Source: Ramazzottius varieornatus
Lineage: Eukaryota; Animalia; Tardigrada
Reading direction: 5' to 3'
DNA: 64,000 nucleotides
NCBI GenBank assembly: GCA_001949185.1
Contig: BDGG01000001.1
Span: forward strand, 6,609,591 to 6,673,590
Shown: one piece after another, positions 12,587-25,349 of the stretch
How positions within the stretch are numbered: the stretch's first letter is position 1
Layout of the letters: each line of letters starts with the position of its first letter
Position numbers and translations under genes: made by a program
Notes under the pieces: generated by a model
Told to the model about the DNA's origin: nothing
Database searches by the model: none
The model's input: the letters and a program-made list of their open reading frames with translations, nothing else

Positions 12587-14544
12587 TTATTCGAGTTTAG
12601 GTTTCTTGTTCTGCTTTCGGTTCTCCGAATCTTTGGGTCGAGGTTTGATCAATGCCTTGACACCTTGCCCGAACCAACCGGGCTTGATGACTCCTTCAGG
12701 ACTGCAGGCTGGCTTGTCAAAGGTCTCGCCGTCTCTGAGTGGAATACAGATCCTAAGCAGGCGATCTTCGGTGGGTTGAAAGACGTCGGCAGTGAGACCC
12801 AGGTGGGCGAATACTCGTCGCAACACTTCATCACATTTACCGTTGATCTTCAGCCTGGCTTCGTCATCTTTGGGTGTCCATTGGAGATTCACTACGTAGA
12901 GATCGTGGTCCTTCCTCCACAGACCAGGATAATCTTTCAATATCTGTGGAGCAAAGGATAACCATTTCAAAATCTGATCCGCACTTTCTTCAAACGGAAG
13001 CCCGGCAAATGGTTCCCGATTTGGGGCACTTTTTCAGTCCTATTGACCGGAACAGTGCGCCACTTGGAAAAACACTCTTACTGTCCTCCAAAGTAGCGCG
13101 AGTTTCCATTGTTGTTGGCTGGCAGCATGCGCCAGTTGAAAAAAACGACTACGCCTCGTATTTTGTTAATATCGTAATGTTAATTATCGGTCTCACTTTG
13201 AGGCTGCTTCCTAGGGAAAGGACGACATCAGCACAGACAGCGTGGTCCAGGCCGGATCGCCAATTCATGGGGCTTTCGGTACGAGACTTCTCTCCGAAGA
13301 GGACGATGGTGTCTTTAAGCTCGTGCTGACATCGGTGACAAAAGCGACCAGTGCCATGTCGACGGAAGCGCGTCTTGGTCGTCACGTCAAAGGGACGGAA
13401 ATACTCGGCTTCGGGATCACAGTTTCCACATATCTCCATGTACATGTTTCCGTGAATCTCTGATAAATCCTCACGAGGGAAACCACTGCGAACATGCAGA
13501 CCGTCGCAGTTCTGCGAGACGATATACTTCAGATACCTGAAAAATTCCAAGAATCTCACTTGACCACCATTTCCTGTCACAACCATCACGAAAACCTCTC
13601 GTGATGGTTATGAGTTTGTAAGTATGTTCAGATGGCCCCTGTGCACCTGTACTCTTCACGGGAAGTCGCAAAACACTTGTCCAACGGGAACAAAGTGATC
13701 ACGTCTGAGTGCACGTTATCATCATTACACAGTGCATACTGCATAACAACCAAGTCAGGAGCATGACGTAATGCACGTACATACTAACTCATTTGCGTGA
13801 CACGTGCACGGCATTTTTCAGAGGATGACGTCATGTGTCTTTTTACTTGTTATGCCGGTACTTTTATGGTTGCTGTTTCGTTCTGTTTTATTCGTTGTCG
13901 TTACCCTTTTTCGTGAAGTTTCAGGAGAGCCATATGCGTGAAGGTTGGCTGTGCGGTTGTGATGTCGAAAGAAGCGTTGGGGTCGAGGTAGGGCTGCCCC
14001 TGCTCCATACGCGTCCAGACGCCGTTGGGCCCGCGGTAGTCTGGGATGTTTGCTGCTGTGCTGATGCCTGCTCCCGTGTACACGATGAAATGCTTGGACG
14101 TCTTTATAGCTTCAGCTAGGACCTGAAAGGACATATGAGTATTTGGCAGGTGGGAAAGGGAAGATTTCTTCCGAAGGAAGGTTCTACCTGGCATTTGGAG
14201 TCGAGGATCTCATCAATGTCGTGCGTTTCTCGTCGTCGCGCTTCATCGCGTTGCCTTGCAGCTTCTTGCTCACGGAAGCAGCGTTCTTCTCGGTCGAACA
14301 GACGCTCGTTTCGGTGAATGAAGATGAGATCTTTCGTCGATCGTTTATCGGGATGCTTTGCTGCGATCTTCTTTGCCTGGAAAACAACACACCCCAGTGC
14401 GACAGTGCAAGCAATCAAGGTAAGAAGTCGATGGTGTACCTTTCTGAGCAACTTGCTACCTTCTTCTCGCTTCAGGATCGCCGCCAGCTGCTCTGTCTTC
14501 CGTTTTTCCCGAGCACTGAGCTCGGACTTTGATTCCTCGTCCAT
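12587..14544 (-). CDS. SIRT7: NAD-dependent deacylase sirtuin-7; exons 14544-14440, 14376-14187, 14122-13905, 13536-13197, 12943-12587
   Basis: YTGAGISTAANIPDYRGPNGVWT, VSQNCDGLHVRSG, EIHGNMYMEIC, RHGTGRFC, DTIVLFGE, LGSSLK, VNLQWTPKDD, KINGKCDEV: class IV sirtuin, SIRT7 type. Confidence 0.93.
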
Positions 14545-15707
14545 CTTGCTTCATCCGAAAATCTATCGAAAACGACTATGGCAAAATGGACCAGAGAGAC
14601 ATTTGATGGGAAGAGCTGTTCAGTCTTCGCAGAACGGAACAGAATAAAAAGTTAATCTTCCACATTTTTACAGACTTGCAGTTGAACCACACGGGCAAAG
14701 CGGACTACCGCCAGACAAACCGCTTCGTCGAAGTCCAAGTCTAACTTAACACTGCACACCTCACAAGTACAAGTAGGGCTGTACCCTTGTGCTCAACCGC
14801 GCTCCGTTACGGCTACCAACCACTAGTCCTCCTTACGACAGGCCGTAAAACTTTGTTGATTGTGTTGATCTTGAAAGTGACTTACGAAGTTTCGCTTCCA
14901 AGATAAGCAGCCCTCGAGTAGCTTATCTCGAAAGCGAAAACGGATTATTCTCTGCACACTTGACTCAAAATTTCAAATTTTCATTTCTCAGCTGATCTCT
15001 GTCTGCGCAGTGCTTCCCGTTGCGAGATACCGTTTCTCGTATGGGCTTCTTGATACCTATTAGTGTCGGGGATGTCGACAGAGACTAGCCAGAGAGAAAA
15101 CCATGAATTTCAGCCTATTCAGGAGGCAAAGTTTGCCTACAAACATACCCCGCAAACCTCGCGCATTTCCACTCCCGTTTCTGAGACTTTCGAAAAACGC
15201 AATTTTGCCTCACTCACGACTAATCTCAGTTGATCAAGCAAGCTCAGATTTTAAATCAACCGTTTGCGACATAAACAGCTTGTCGTGAGGAGAACTACTG
15301 TTCTCCATCTGCTACCTACTGCAACATAGCCGCTCCCTCCACTTACCGGACCGCCCAAGTCTGGTGCAACTCGTTGATCGATAAAACGAAATGTTTTCGT
15401 GTTACACGATTACGGTGGAGTTTAGACTGCACTATTCAACCGAAAAGCCGCAGCCGAAGTCAACACCGCACTATGTTCTCGGAAGTCTGTATGAACAAAG
15501 ATTTCCCGAGCGATAGCAGTCTTCCGGAAAAACACCACCACTTCGTTTTACTCATCTATCGACGGCGCAAGATTAAGACCTAAACAGATGGACTCACCTT
15601 TCATGCGTTAGCTCTTAAAGCGTCCCAGTTGAGGTTTACGTTTGCGCTGTATGCAAATTGGTTTGCCGTCAGTGTTTTTCCACTCAAAAGCCACGGTGTT
15701 TCAAAAA

Positions 15708-17198
15708 ATGGGTTCAAGTATTCTAATCTTCCTTGCTCTGGCCGGAATTTATACGTCAGTTACTGGTAAGTCCAAGCCACTCTGAAATTGACACAGGATC
15801 CGTCACTGTTCTTCTTTCACGGATTTTTCCTACAGATGCAGCTGAACTTCGAAATCGTCGTCAAACCTTCGGCTTCGACGAAGTCGATCTCGTCAACGGT
15901 GCTTTGCTTGCCGACTGTGTATTCTATGGCGACAACACCGTAGACTGTAACGGTCGTCTAACATGCAAGCCCTCCGACCTCGAGGACCGTCCCACCATCA
16001 CCATGCTCGACCGTACCTGCCCAAAGACGCAAGGCCAAAAGTCGGGAACCTGGACCCGCGACCAAGTCATCCCCACCAACATGCTATCCGGTAACGGTGT
16101 GGGTCGTGAAGCCAAGTGCCAGTTCTACGCTAACCGCGGAACCGGTCATTTCAAGTGCACGAACACCCGAGGCGACTCGTGGAAGGGTGACTACACCGGA
16201 AGCATCAACACCGCATTCAAGCTGGGTCTTCCCATGTCTTCTACTTACGGACGAGGCACTGGACTGACCGGGGACGATGGTTATGGAACGGGATATGGTG
16301 CCGGCTATGGAACCACCAGAAGCCGCTATTACGGAGGCAATGACTATGAGACCGCCGGAAGTCGGTATGGAGACAACTACGGAAACACCGACAGGAACAA
16401 CTACGATGGTAATCGGTACTCGACCAGTATCGGCCTGAACGATCGTGATCGCGATTACGACAGACTGAACAGCGCCACCTACCCCAACCGTGACCGATAC
16501 TCGACCAGCTCGCGGGATGACTACAACCGCGATCGGGACAGCCAGTACGGAACCGGTGGCGAGACCACCTCTCAGGTCAGTTTTTCCATAAAATTAGCAC
16601 GAGTATTAATATTATATCAATAGTGTTGTGTATCATACTATCATGTAGAAAAATGGCGGTCAGTAATATGAGTTGCCGTTTCTCCTGTGGACCAACTAAC
16701 AAGTGCAATTAACAAGTCAACGTCACGATAGCTGTATGACTTATCGGCTAATCATGACCCCTTTTTCGGCAGGTTACGATGTGTACTTACAAAAACACCG
16801 GGAAGGGAACCTGCCGTGACTGTACCGAGAAGGTGAACCGCAAAGTTACAGATCGCGAGATCCGTACCACCAAGCACTACACTTGCTCGGGTCCCGAATC
16901 GAGAACTAGCTGGAGTGAGGATAATGGAGTGGCCCAAGCTGGCATGAGGCCGCAACCGTTGGCTGCTACCGAGAGGATTGCCTTCACCTGTGTCTTCCGT
17001 CCGGATGAGGTTAGCTCAAGAGGTGGTAAATTTGAATGTCACGGAGCCAGCACTGATGGTAACTGCGGTCTCACCAACGACGGATACGGCTCTTCCGGAT
17101 CCACCAACCTGTATGACCGCGATCGCGACAGTACAACGACCCAACGATGCTTGAGCGGAGAAAAATGGTCTGGTACTTACCGTGGTATTATTTATTAG
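15708..17198 (+). CDS. Uncharacterised secreted protein: signal peptide, RNRR site, two related Cys-rich domains separated by a G/Y/D/R/S-rich linker; exons 15708-15765, 15836-16575, 16773-17198
   Basis: MGSSILIFLALAGIYTSVT signal-like N-terminus; long open exons with frame-consistent GT-AG splice sites. Confidence 0.8.
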
Positions 17199-17507
17199 TC
17201 TACCCAGATTGTTTTCTGTCGAAATCAGGATACTTTGAAAATTCTATTATATTGGACACTACCAGCATCATCATGATCCACTACGGCCACCGAATAACAT
17301 TATCTCTGTAGTGGTATGGGTAAGCTTTCCATTTTGCATAATCGGAAGCTGGGCAAACAAACCGCGGGTGCAGAAGATCGTCAACTTGGGTGGCGCGCCC
17401 ATCCAGCCACCAACTTGAAATTCATGCGCCACTTGAGATAACGGTCTTGCAACTGTGTATTCTGTTTGCCCATCTCCCACTCCCAGTTAGCTTCGATAGG
17501 CTTAGGC

Positions 17508-18450
17508 TTAGGTCTTCACAGCCTTGACGACGATGTCGTCGCCGATGTTACTGAACTCCTGATCTTCCCGCAGGTTGACATCACTAGCACGGGCAATCTC
17601 GATGCCTTCCATCCCGTTGTTCTTCAGAGCTTGAACGTAGTCTTGTTCAGACAAGTTACACAGGTAAAGGGTTCGTCCGCCGACTTGGTAGAACGAAGCG
17701 TTGACACACTCGGACAGTATCAGAGCGCCCCCTTTCTTCAGATACTGCGCCATGCGACGGATGGCGTCTGTGAGGTCCCCGACATCTTTCACAATTGAAC
17801 AGAGCAGGAAGGACTCTGTGATGACATCAACCGGCGCAAGCTTCTCCGGTGCGAATGGGTCATCCTTTGTCAGGTCACAAGGTAGGATCGAAACCCAAGC
17901 TTTGTGCAGTAACGCTTCGTAGGCTTTCCAGTTTTCTGCCTGTCCATCCAAGTTCGCGGCGTACTGCGAAAATTTCATGGCGAGATATTTAAGTACTAAA
18001 GAGCAGCATCCTTGTGAATATCATCGCTACCTTGAAATACGTTGTCCAGTCCAGTGCATCAGGTTCTCCGGCCTTCCACTTTTCAAGCTGAAGATATAAT
18101 TGGAATAAAACAGGGTAACAGTTTTTCATGTACTGTATACGAAAACGTACCTCTTCGCGTGCCGCGGGAGAGAATTCCGCGCAGTAAATGTGGTCAAACT
18201 TTGTTGCAGCCGGCATAAGGTTAGCCAGACAGGCCCCCGTCGCAATGTCGAGGAAACGACCTCCGCCTTTCTCGCATTCCGATATGAACTTGTTGACCGC
18301 CTTCATGCAGAATCCAGAGGCGCTACTGGCGATTTGCTCCAGATTCCATTGTCCGGCTCCGTAGAACTGCTCCGCGTATTTTCGATGGTCAAAGTTTTCG
18401 ACATAGTACCGAGGGTCATAGGTTTCAGCCGCCATTCTTTTAGACATCAT
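17508..18450 (-). CDS. NNMT/PNMT/TEMT-family small-molecule methyltransferase; exons 18450-18151, 18087-18031, 17963-17508
   Basis: ENFDHRKYAEQFY, motif I FLDIATGA, IYCAEFSPAAREEL, LDWTTYFK, ILPCDLTK, YLKKGGALIL, FYQVGGRTLYLCNL match the family layout. Confidence 0.85.
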
Positions 18451-19587
18451 TGCACACACGTTCACAAAACCAACAGATATGTTGCTGTAACGACCTACGA
18501 ACTACTGTGTTATTATGATGCGTCAACTTACTTTCTGGTACTTCGATTTGTCAAGCCGTTCTGTAACTAAAAGGCACGCGACAAAACCATAGTGACAGCT
18601 GCCAGTCAGAGTTTAACCAATGTGTAAAATTTGGACAAAAGCAGAGAAAAACTGTTGCTTACGAAGCTGACTTGTCTATACCGATTACGCTGTGATCTAT
18701 TTGTAGCTTCCACTTGTGACTTAGGTGCTCGACCATGACCACACTTGGTGCCTCTGAAATTTTCAACTTCCGATACGTTAATCCCGAAGTTTAGAAAACT
18801 TCAACAAAGACCATTTTGTTTCTCCTTCCAACACATGTGACAACAATTCACTCACGGGTAATAAGCTGACAGTTTTGTCAATAGTCCCGTACTGCATGTT
18901 ACCGAACATGCCCACTGCAGCGCAATACATGTCAATCTCAGGCACGAAAAACACAATTATAGCTTATTTTAACCTACTCCCGCAACGTTTAGCCTTTTCA
19001 GTATGTATGAATGTATCACCTGAGGTGTTCGAGGACTTTTCATGAGGCTGGTTGAGCTGTTTGTTCAGAACTTCAGGAGCTGCTTCTTGGGCATCATGCC
19101 TCCAAAAAGCCGGCAGGCACTTCCCTCGTGCCTCTTACCCGTAGTATGAAAAATGCTCACGATTACGTCGGCCTCAGTAACGCAATAACCACCGATTTCT
19201 TTCGACGGATATTCTGATTGACAGGTACACTACTATTCATCGGTGGAGGCGGGAGGGGGGTCTCTTGATTATGCATCGCCCCAGGAGCTAAAAGTCCGTC
19301 GTTTTTGACCTTTTCAAGTCTACCCACCATGTTCTCACCGGTACAGCTCGATAGGGTAGCAATTTTATATTGACAAGCCAAAACTGCGGACCAGCTTTAT
19401 ACTGTAGACAGGCATGACTGCGAAAATGGCGACAACACACTCTGCGGTTTCAGAACTCGAAACTTGGTGATAACCGGTTGAGCCAAATTAAGTGGACATA
19501 TTCCGAAAATCTGTTGTAAATCTATCTCTGATTTTCAACGATTCGGTTTCTATTATGGGCGGCTATCGCCGTCATAAGTCGTTTTTC

Positions 19588-20614
19588 AATTTGACAGGTA
19601 TTTCTGCCAAGTTCCAACATTTGCTTGATATGGTGTCACGCATTGCATGATGTGGGGGCTCGCAGAGTCAAGTCCTGTGGCAGCTAAATCTTTCCCGTTC
19701 CCCAGATTTGTATGATATCGTGCCCACGATATCAAACAAATCTTTGAACTTGGCCAAATCACGTGTCATGCTATGTATACACTTTCGGCAATTCAGGCTT
19801 GCCGGTAATACCGAGAGTACCGCAGAAAACTCGGGAAAAGTAACCTAGCACAGTCTGCGTTTCCTACGATTGCGCTCGGTTCTAGGTGGAAACGAAGAGC
19901 GCATCGATTTATGTGCGTACACATGAATACAGACCAAACCTGCGTGTCTACTACAGAAGTGTCGTATACATGGGCAGTTGGTGCACCCACGGCCTGCCGG
20001 TATTCTGACTTCATAGACAGCAAACTGAACAACAAAATTACATCCAGGAATCTTTCTCTAGTTACGTTTCCGCACGGAAATTTAGTGTACTGTATGTCCA
20101 AGTTTCGCAGCTCTATGAATTTAGTGAGTAACAGTTGTGATGCATAGCGGTTTAATTTTTGATGGTGTTTCTAAACGGCTAAGAATTTGTTCACCCGAAT
20201 ACCTCCAGTTACTCATTTTGATCTGTACTTTACCGGAGGTATTAACGGTAAATCTGGAGGAATACCGATAGTTTAACGGCAAGTAGAGCTAAAATGCTTT
20301 ACTTTACCGAGTACTGAAAACACAATACCTGTTCAACACTGCCTTCCCCAAAGTTCATGCCATGCAATTTGGGGAAGGTAAAGCATTACCAAATTGCTTG
20401 CAAGAGAAACTTCGCCCAAAGTGTATACATAGCATGACACGTGATTTGACCACGTTCAAAGATTTGTTTGATATCGTGGGCACGATATCATACAAATGTG
20501 GGGAACGGGGAAGATTTAGCTGCCACAGAACTTGATTCTGCGAGCCCCATATCATACAATGCGCGACACCATATCAAGCAAGTGTTGGAACTTGGCAGAA
20601 ATACCTGTCAAATT
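19588..20614. mobile_element. Long inverted-repeat element (~200-bp arms) with a nested insertion at ~19794-20341
   Basis: 19588-19790 is a near reverse complement of 20413-20614; a hairpin centre CCTTCCCCAAA...TTTGGGGAAGG survives at ~20342-20378. Confidence 0.8.
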
Positions 20615-21474
20615 TACCTTTAGAAACCAATGATTTTCGGGTACGTGAGACCTTTTCAGAGTCACTTTTTACCCGATCAAGCGATCTGGACAAAACGTTC
20701 AGACAAAAGTTTAAGAACGTGAGCTACTTTTGGACGAGATTTGGCATTTAAGATCAGCATGGCAGAGTTTTCTACAATACTGTGAAATCTGTCCACTTGA
20801 CTAGCAACCTGTAGACATCATATTTATCGGGTCAGTCAGCTAAGGTTACAGTACGTCTGCAGTATCTCAATCTGCAGTACCATACCGCGATCGTGAGCCA
20901 CAGTGGATCGTTGATTCAAGAGGTTCAAAACAAGAGAAGCAGGAATACACGGAAAGAGTCATCTGGTGCAGACACGTCAGCGACAGATAGCATTGCTTCT
21001 TTCCAACGACCTTCACTTAGAGTGCCGGCTCAAATCGTAATGATATTGTTGACAATTGTTGTCAAGGCTAAGTAACCGTTTTGTTTGATTAACGTCACAT
21101 GTCAATCAGGACAATTACATGTACAGCGGATAATCCGCGCCTGGAACGTTTTGTGCTACTGTTTGTGCCCTTGTTTTGAAACGCGTTACCTCAGCCGACA
21201 GACTTTCGTCCACAAGACTATCTGTAAACTAAAGTTGACAGGTTTCTTCGTCAAAGAACAGAAAAGATTCTTTTGTTTGCTTTTTCCCGTAGAAAACTTA
21301 TCTTCTTGCCTCGCATACAATTCCATCTCAGTCGGGTTCGATTATGACCATCCCCATCGCCTGCTGCACACTCACCTGTTGATCGCGTGACTAAGCTTGA
21401 TCTCCGTCGAGCTCTGGTCGACCGTCTGTTTCCCACCGGTATGTGTAAATTACCATTGCATCGTTTGATCGAAA

Positions 21475-24400
21475 ATGAGACGAAGATCCATGCCACCTCA
21501 AAGGATGGCGCTGAGACACTTGACGGTTCATGACGCTAATCAGTCCCGATCAAAAAGCATCCCCGGAAGTCGTGGTGGGAAAGACGCCCCTCGCGTCACT
21601 CCAAGGACCTCCATGGGCAATATTGCTGTCGTCATCGGAGAAAGTATCGCGAATAACCAAAGTCAGACTTGTTCCTCGGTCAACCGAGCTCCCTCAAACG
21701 ACAAGGAGCCCGACCATCTTTTGAGCGGAAAAGTACTCGGTTGTCCGGTCACTTTCCTTAATGTGTTGTTAATGGGATTCGGATTCATGCTGAATGTCGG
21801 AGCTGGGGAAGCCACTTTTCAAATTCAAACGGTAGTTTTGAACAGCGTCAACGATGAATGGTTTCAAGGGACCCCCATACTGGGATATTCTTTATCGGCT
21901 ATCTGTAGCGGTAAGTTTACAAAAGCGGGCTGTCAAAATTATTGTAGTAAGCCTTCGTAGGATAAATAGGGTAGCGGAAGATGAATTCGATCGGAGCGCT
22001 GTGCTGAGTGGCGCACGTTCTCCTCCACTAACAATGAGAAAGTCCGTCACTTGTTATAACGATCTGAAAGAAACCACTTGCCTGAGTTGCAAAAGTCTTC
22101 CTCTTTGCAGCAACACAATTCATCGGATACGCCTTAGGACCACCATTCGTACGTAAGCCGATGAAATAATTAGCGGTAAAATTTCCTTGTACCTTATGTG
22201 CCTTCTTGATGGTAAGTTGGTTCCTATCTGCAGGTGGCGTTCACTGGGCCGAAACTCGGAATGGTTATTGGCTCCTTGTGCATTTGCTTTTACGTGGGCA
22301 CGTATATTCGGCCACTAACCATTCCATTGTACTTTGGATCAGCACTGTTTGGGCTAGGCCTAGGAGCTCTCTGGACGGTTCAAGGCTACTTCATCACAGT
22401 CAACTCTCTTCCTAAAGACGTCCTTCGAAACACCGGCATCTTTCTCGCGCTTTACCAGTCAAGGTGCATAAGTATACAAGCTGTCCCACTGTGGGACTCC
22501 CAGATAACTTAGTGTGGTCACAGTTCACTAATAAGCGGGGCATAATGCCTAATGGCTTTGGTGTGGCTCTGCTGTTCGAGGGATTGATCAGTCTTGTTTC
22601 TTCTAGTTTGACCAGCGCCAGTCTTTTTTACTTCCTCATGGTACGCGGTTCGTTAAGCATTACTTGGGAGACCCGGATCGTCGTCTTTTCGTCTCTGCTG
22701 GCGATCTCATTCGTTGGCGTTATTGCGTTCTCGCTTGTGGTGCATCCATGGACCGGAAAAATACCGCTGGGACCAGAGACAATCATTTCCGAACGTAGAG
22801 AGCAGCCATCTGTAGGCTCTGACCACACTCGGGGGTCCCGATCACCGGACGAACACCCCAAAACAGCCGAAACCCATCGTAGACCATGGTCGGCGTTTCG
22901 TAAGTGATTTTTGAAATTCTGAGTCAAGCTCGATGTCGGACCAGAGTACACATTTGTCTGACCATCGTTGTCTGCAGTGTCTACTGTAAAGTTCATCTGG
23001 ACTCGCAACATACTGATGCTGACTCCATACTTTATATACATTGGTAAGCAAAGTCTTGGTCTCTTCCAGTCTTGAACACGTGACCGACTTAGTTTGATAC
23101 TCCGCAACAGGATTCGAACAGTCGATGTGGAGCAACATATATCCCACTGCTCTGGGATATACGGTGAGGTTCGGAATTCTGCGAGAAGCCATGGTGGGTC
23201 TCAACGGACTGTTCGTAGGACTTGGAGAAATTCTAGGTAGGCAGTACGTAGGGACCAACAGCTCTGGTGTAGTACGACACCCGTCGGGTGGTATACGTCA
23301 CCCTCTTATTGTAGGGGGAGTATTTTTGGGACTGATGGGCACTAGGCTGAATGCTTTCGGGAAAGATGGCGCCCTACTCGGTGGCCTCGTCGTCCATCTG
23401 TTGGCATGCTACATGGCGTTCATCAATACGCCCGTCAGCGCATCACGGGGCATGACTGAATATCCCGCTTTTGTTGGCCCGAGGTATCCAAATGTCTCTA
23501 CGCGGATCTAACCAGACAGATAATCTGCAGATTTCTGTCTCAGCCTACCGTTTTTCGCAGTGCCTATATCGCCTTGACCACGTCTTTACTCTTCGGGTTA
23601 GGTATGGAACCGTATGATACAGTACTGTAGTGTATCGAAATTATTGCGCACTTAACCACGTGATGAGTCATCGTTGCCCAGCATGATCAGATGTTGTCAG
23701 TGCAGCCACGATGGCTCTCACCCGGGCATCATTTACTGTTCACGTGGTCGAGTGCGCGATAATTTGGTAGCACTACAGTACGATAAGTGGTGGTATCATG
23801 ACAGTTAACACTTAAAAGACCACGCAATTCCGAGCTCTGGGAGTATAAGGGAGGTAGATCACCGTCCCCAATTTTGAACTGGCTGAAATCATGGGGTGGG
23901 GTCAGAGCGGGCCAATCACCACATGTACGCTTCGCATTTGTCGAGTAACATGCGCCACCAAATGAACCAAAGTGCCAGACCTTTTTATTTTTGCTCTGAC
24001 CACTGGTCACACAGCATGGAACATACTGGAGCGTCTAAGACGGTACCAATGTACTAGCTCTGTGTCCAATTATTAAGGAGGCTTTCCGTCAGCCAGCTCT
24101 TGAGTAGAAATTTGGTCTGTCAACTCAACACACAATCTGGTCGAAAACGAAATAGTCTCTCGAAATATTCAGAAAGCTGCTGGCTAGTTCACGTCTTTTT
24201 TAACTGGGAGTGCCAAAGTTCTCGAAAGCAAACGTGAAAATTTGAGACGAAAAGGTTCAACAGTAGCCATTCCGCAAGGCTTTTGGGGTGCGCCAGGCAA
24301 CTGGGATACCCCCCTGGTCTTTTAAGTGTTAAGCAAGTGAAGCAACCACAAGAAATTATCCATGCTTGTATTTTTAGGCGACGTGATATGGTGCGCGCAG

Positions 24401-24793
24401 TTGATGGCCTATCTGGGAGAGGTCTACCGATACGAAGTGGTCTCCGTCTTTACCGTGTATCATTCGTGGATGGTAGGTTTCATAGTAACGAGTGAACTGA
24501 CCACCCGACCTACTCTAGTGTCTTGGAATGATCCATCTGAAGTACAACAGCCCTGAGCGAAACTCCTGGAAATGTTTCGCTTCTAGGCTATCGCGGCTGC
24601 AAGCCTGTTCGGGCTTTCTACCGTAATCTCGCTGCCGTATCTCCTCCTGATCATGGTCATTACCGCCGTAATATCCTTTGCTGGCTTCTGCGTCGCGGAA
24701 TGGGAGTTCCTCGCCAGACAACGATTCCTGCTGCATCTGAGACAAATGCAAAAGAAAGCAGAAGAAGGATCACAAATAACTCTTGCAGACTGA
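21475..24793 (+). CDS. MFSD11: UNC93-like MFS membrane protein (MFSD11-like), multi-exon
   Basis: NVLLMGFGFML...FQIQTVVLNSV, GPKLGMVIGS, LYFGSALFGLGLGALWTVQGYFITVNS...RNTGIFLALYQS, GFEQSMWSNIYPTALGYT, VGLGEILGG, LLFGLGD; last exon 24587-24793. Confidence 0.85.
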
Positions 24794-25349
24794 GATGCTT
24801 TCTTGCCATCACGTTTTCGCTTGGAGCTTTCCTTCGTCTATGTTTTAGCTTTCGGCACTTTTTGCTGTTTCTCGTTTGTTGGGACTGCCTGTTTGATTAG
24901 CTTTACTTATTTTCTGCACAGTATGAGAAAAGAACAGTAAATATTCACGACTTATACTAACAGAGAGTGTTCAGTTCGTCGGCTTGTCTTATGATATCTG
25001 GCTAGTTCTACAGTACCTCGAGCTGGGGTGATTGGAAGGAATAAGCTAAACCATGTTGAAAATATTTGGCCGAAGGCTAATAATGACTGAGTGACTACAC
25101 CCACGTAGACAACATGTACCAAGTACTGTGCGTACACCGGATTGAATCGAATCTACTGTACAGTGTACAAGATGCATCACTACTAGTGCGATTTTTTGAC
25201 TAGCTTAGTGGTTTGCGAGCTTTCATAAGGGCACTGTACGTAGTCGTCTGGACGCAGCTGTCAATGAAAAGTGGCACTAGCAGGGATGCATTTCGTACAC
25301 TGTAATCGTTGGCTATAATTGCATCGAAATGAAGAACTTGTTCTGGTAT

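Noticed and set aside
14890-14939. Hairpin between SIRT7 and the secreted-protein gene as a terminator or ncRNA
   Set aside because: Bacterial-type terminators are not relevant here; it is probably a small MITE relic and shows no RNA-family motif.
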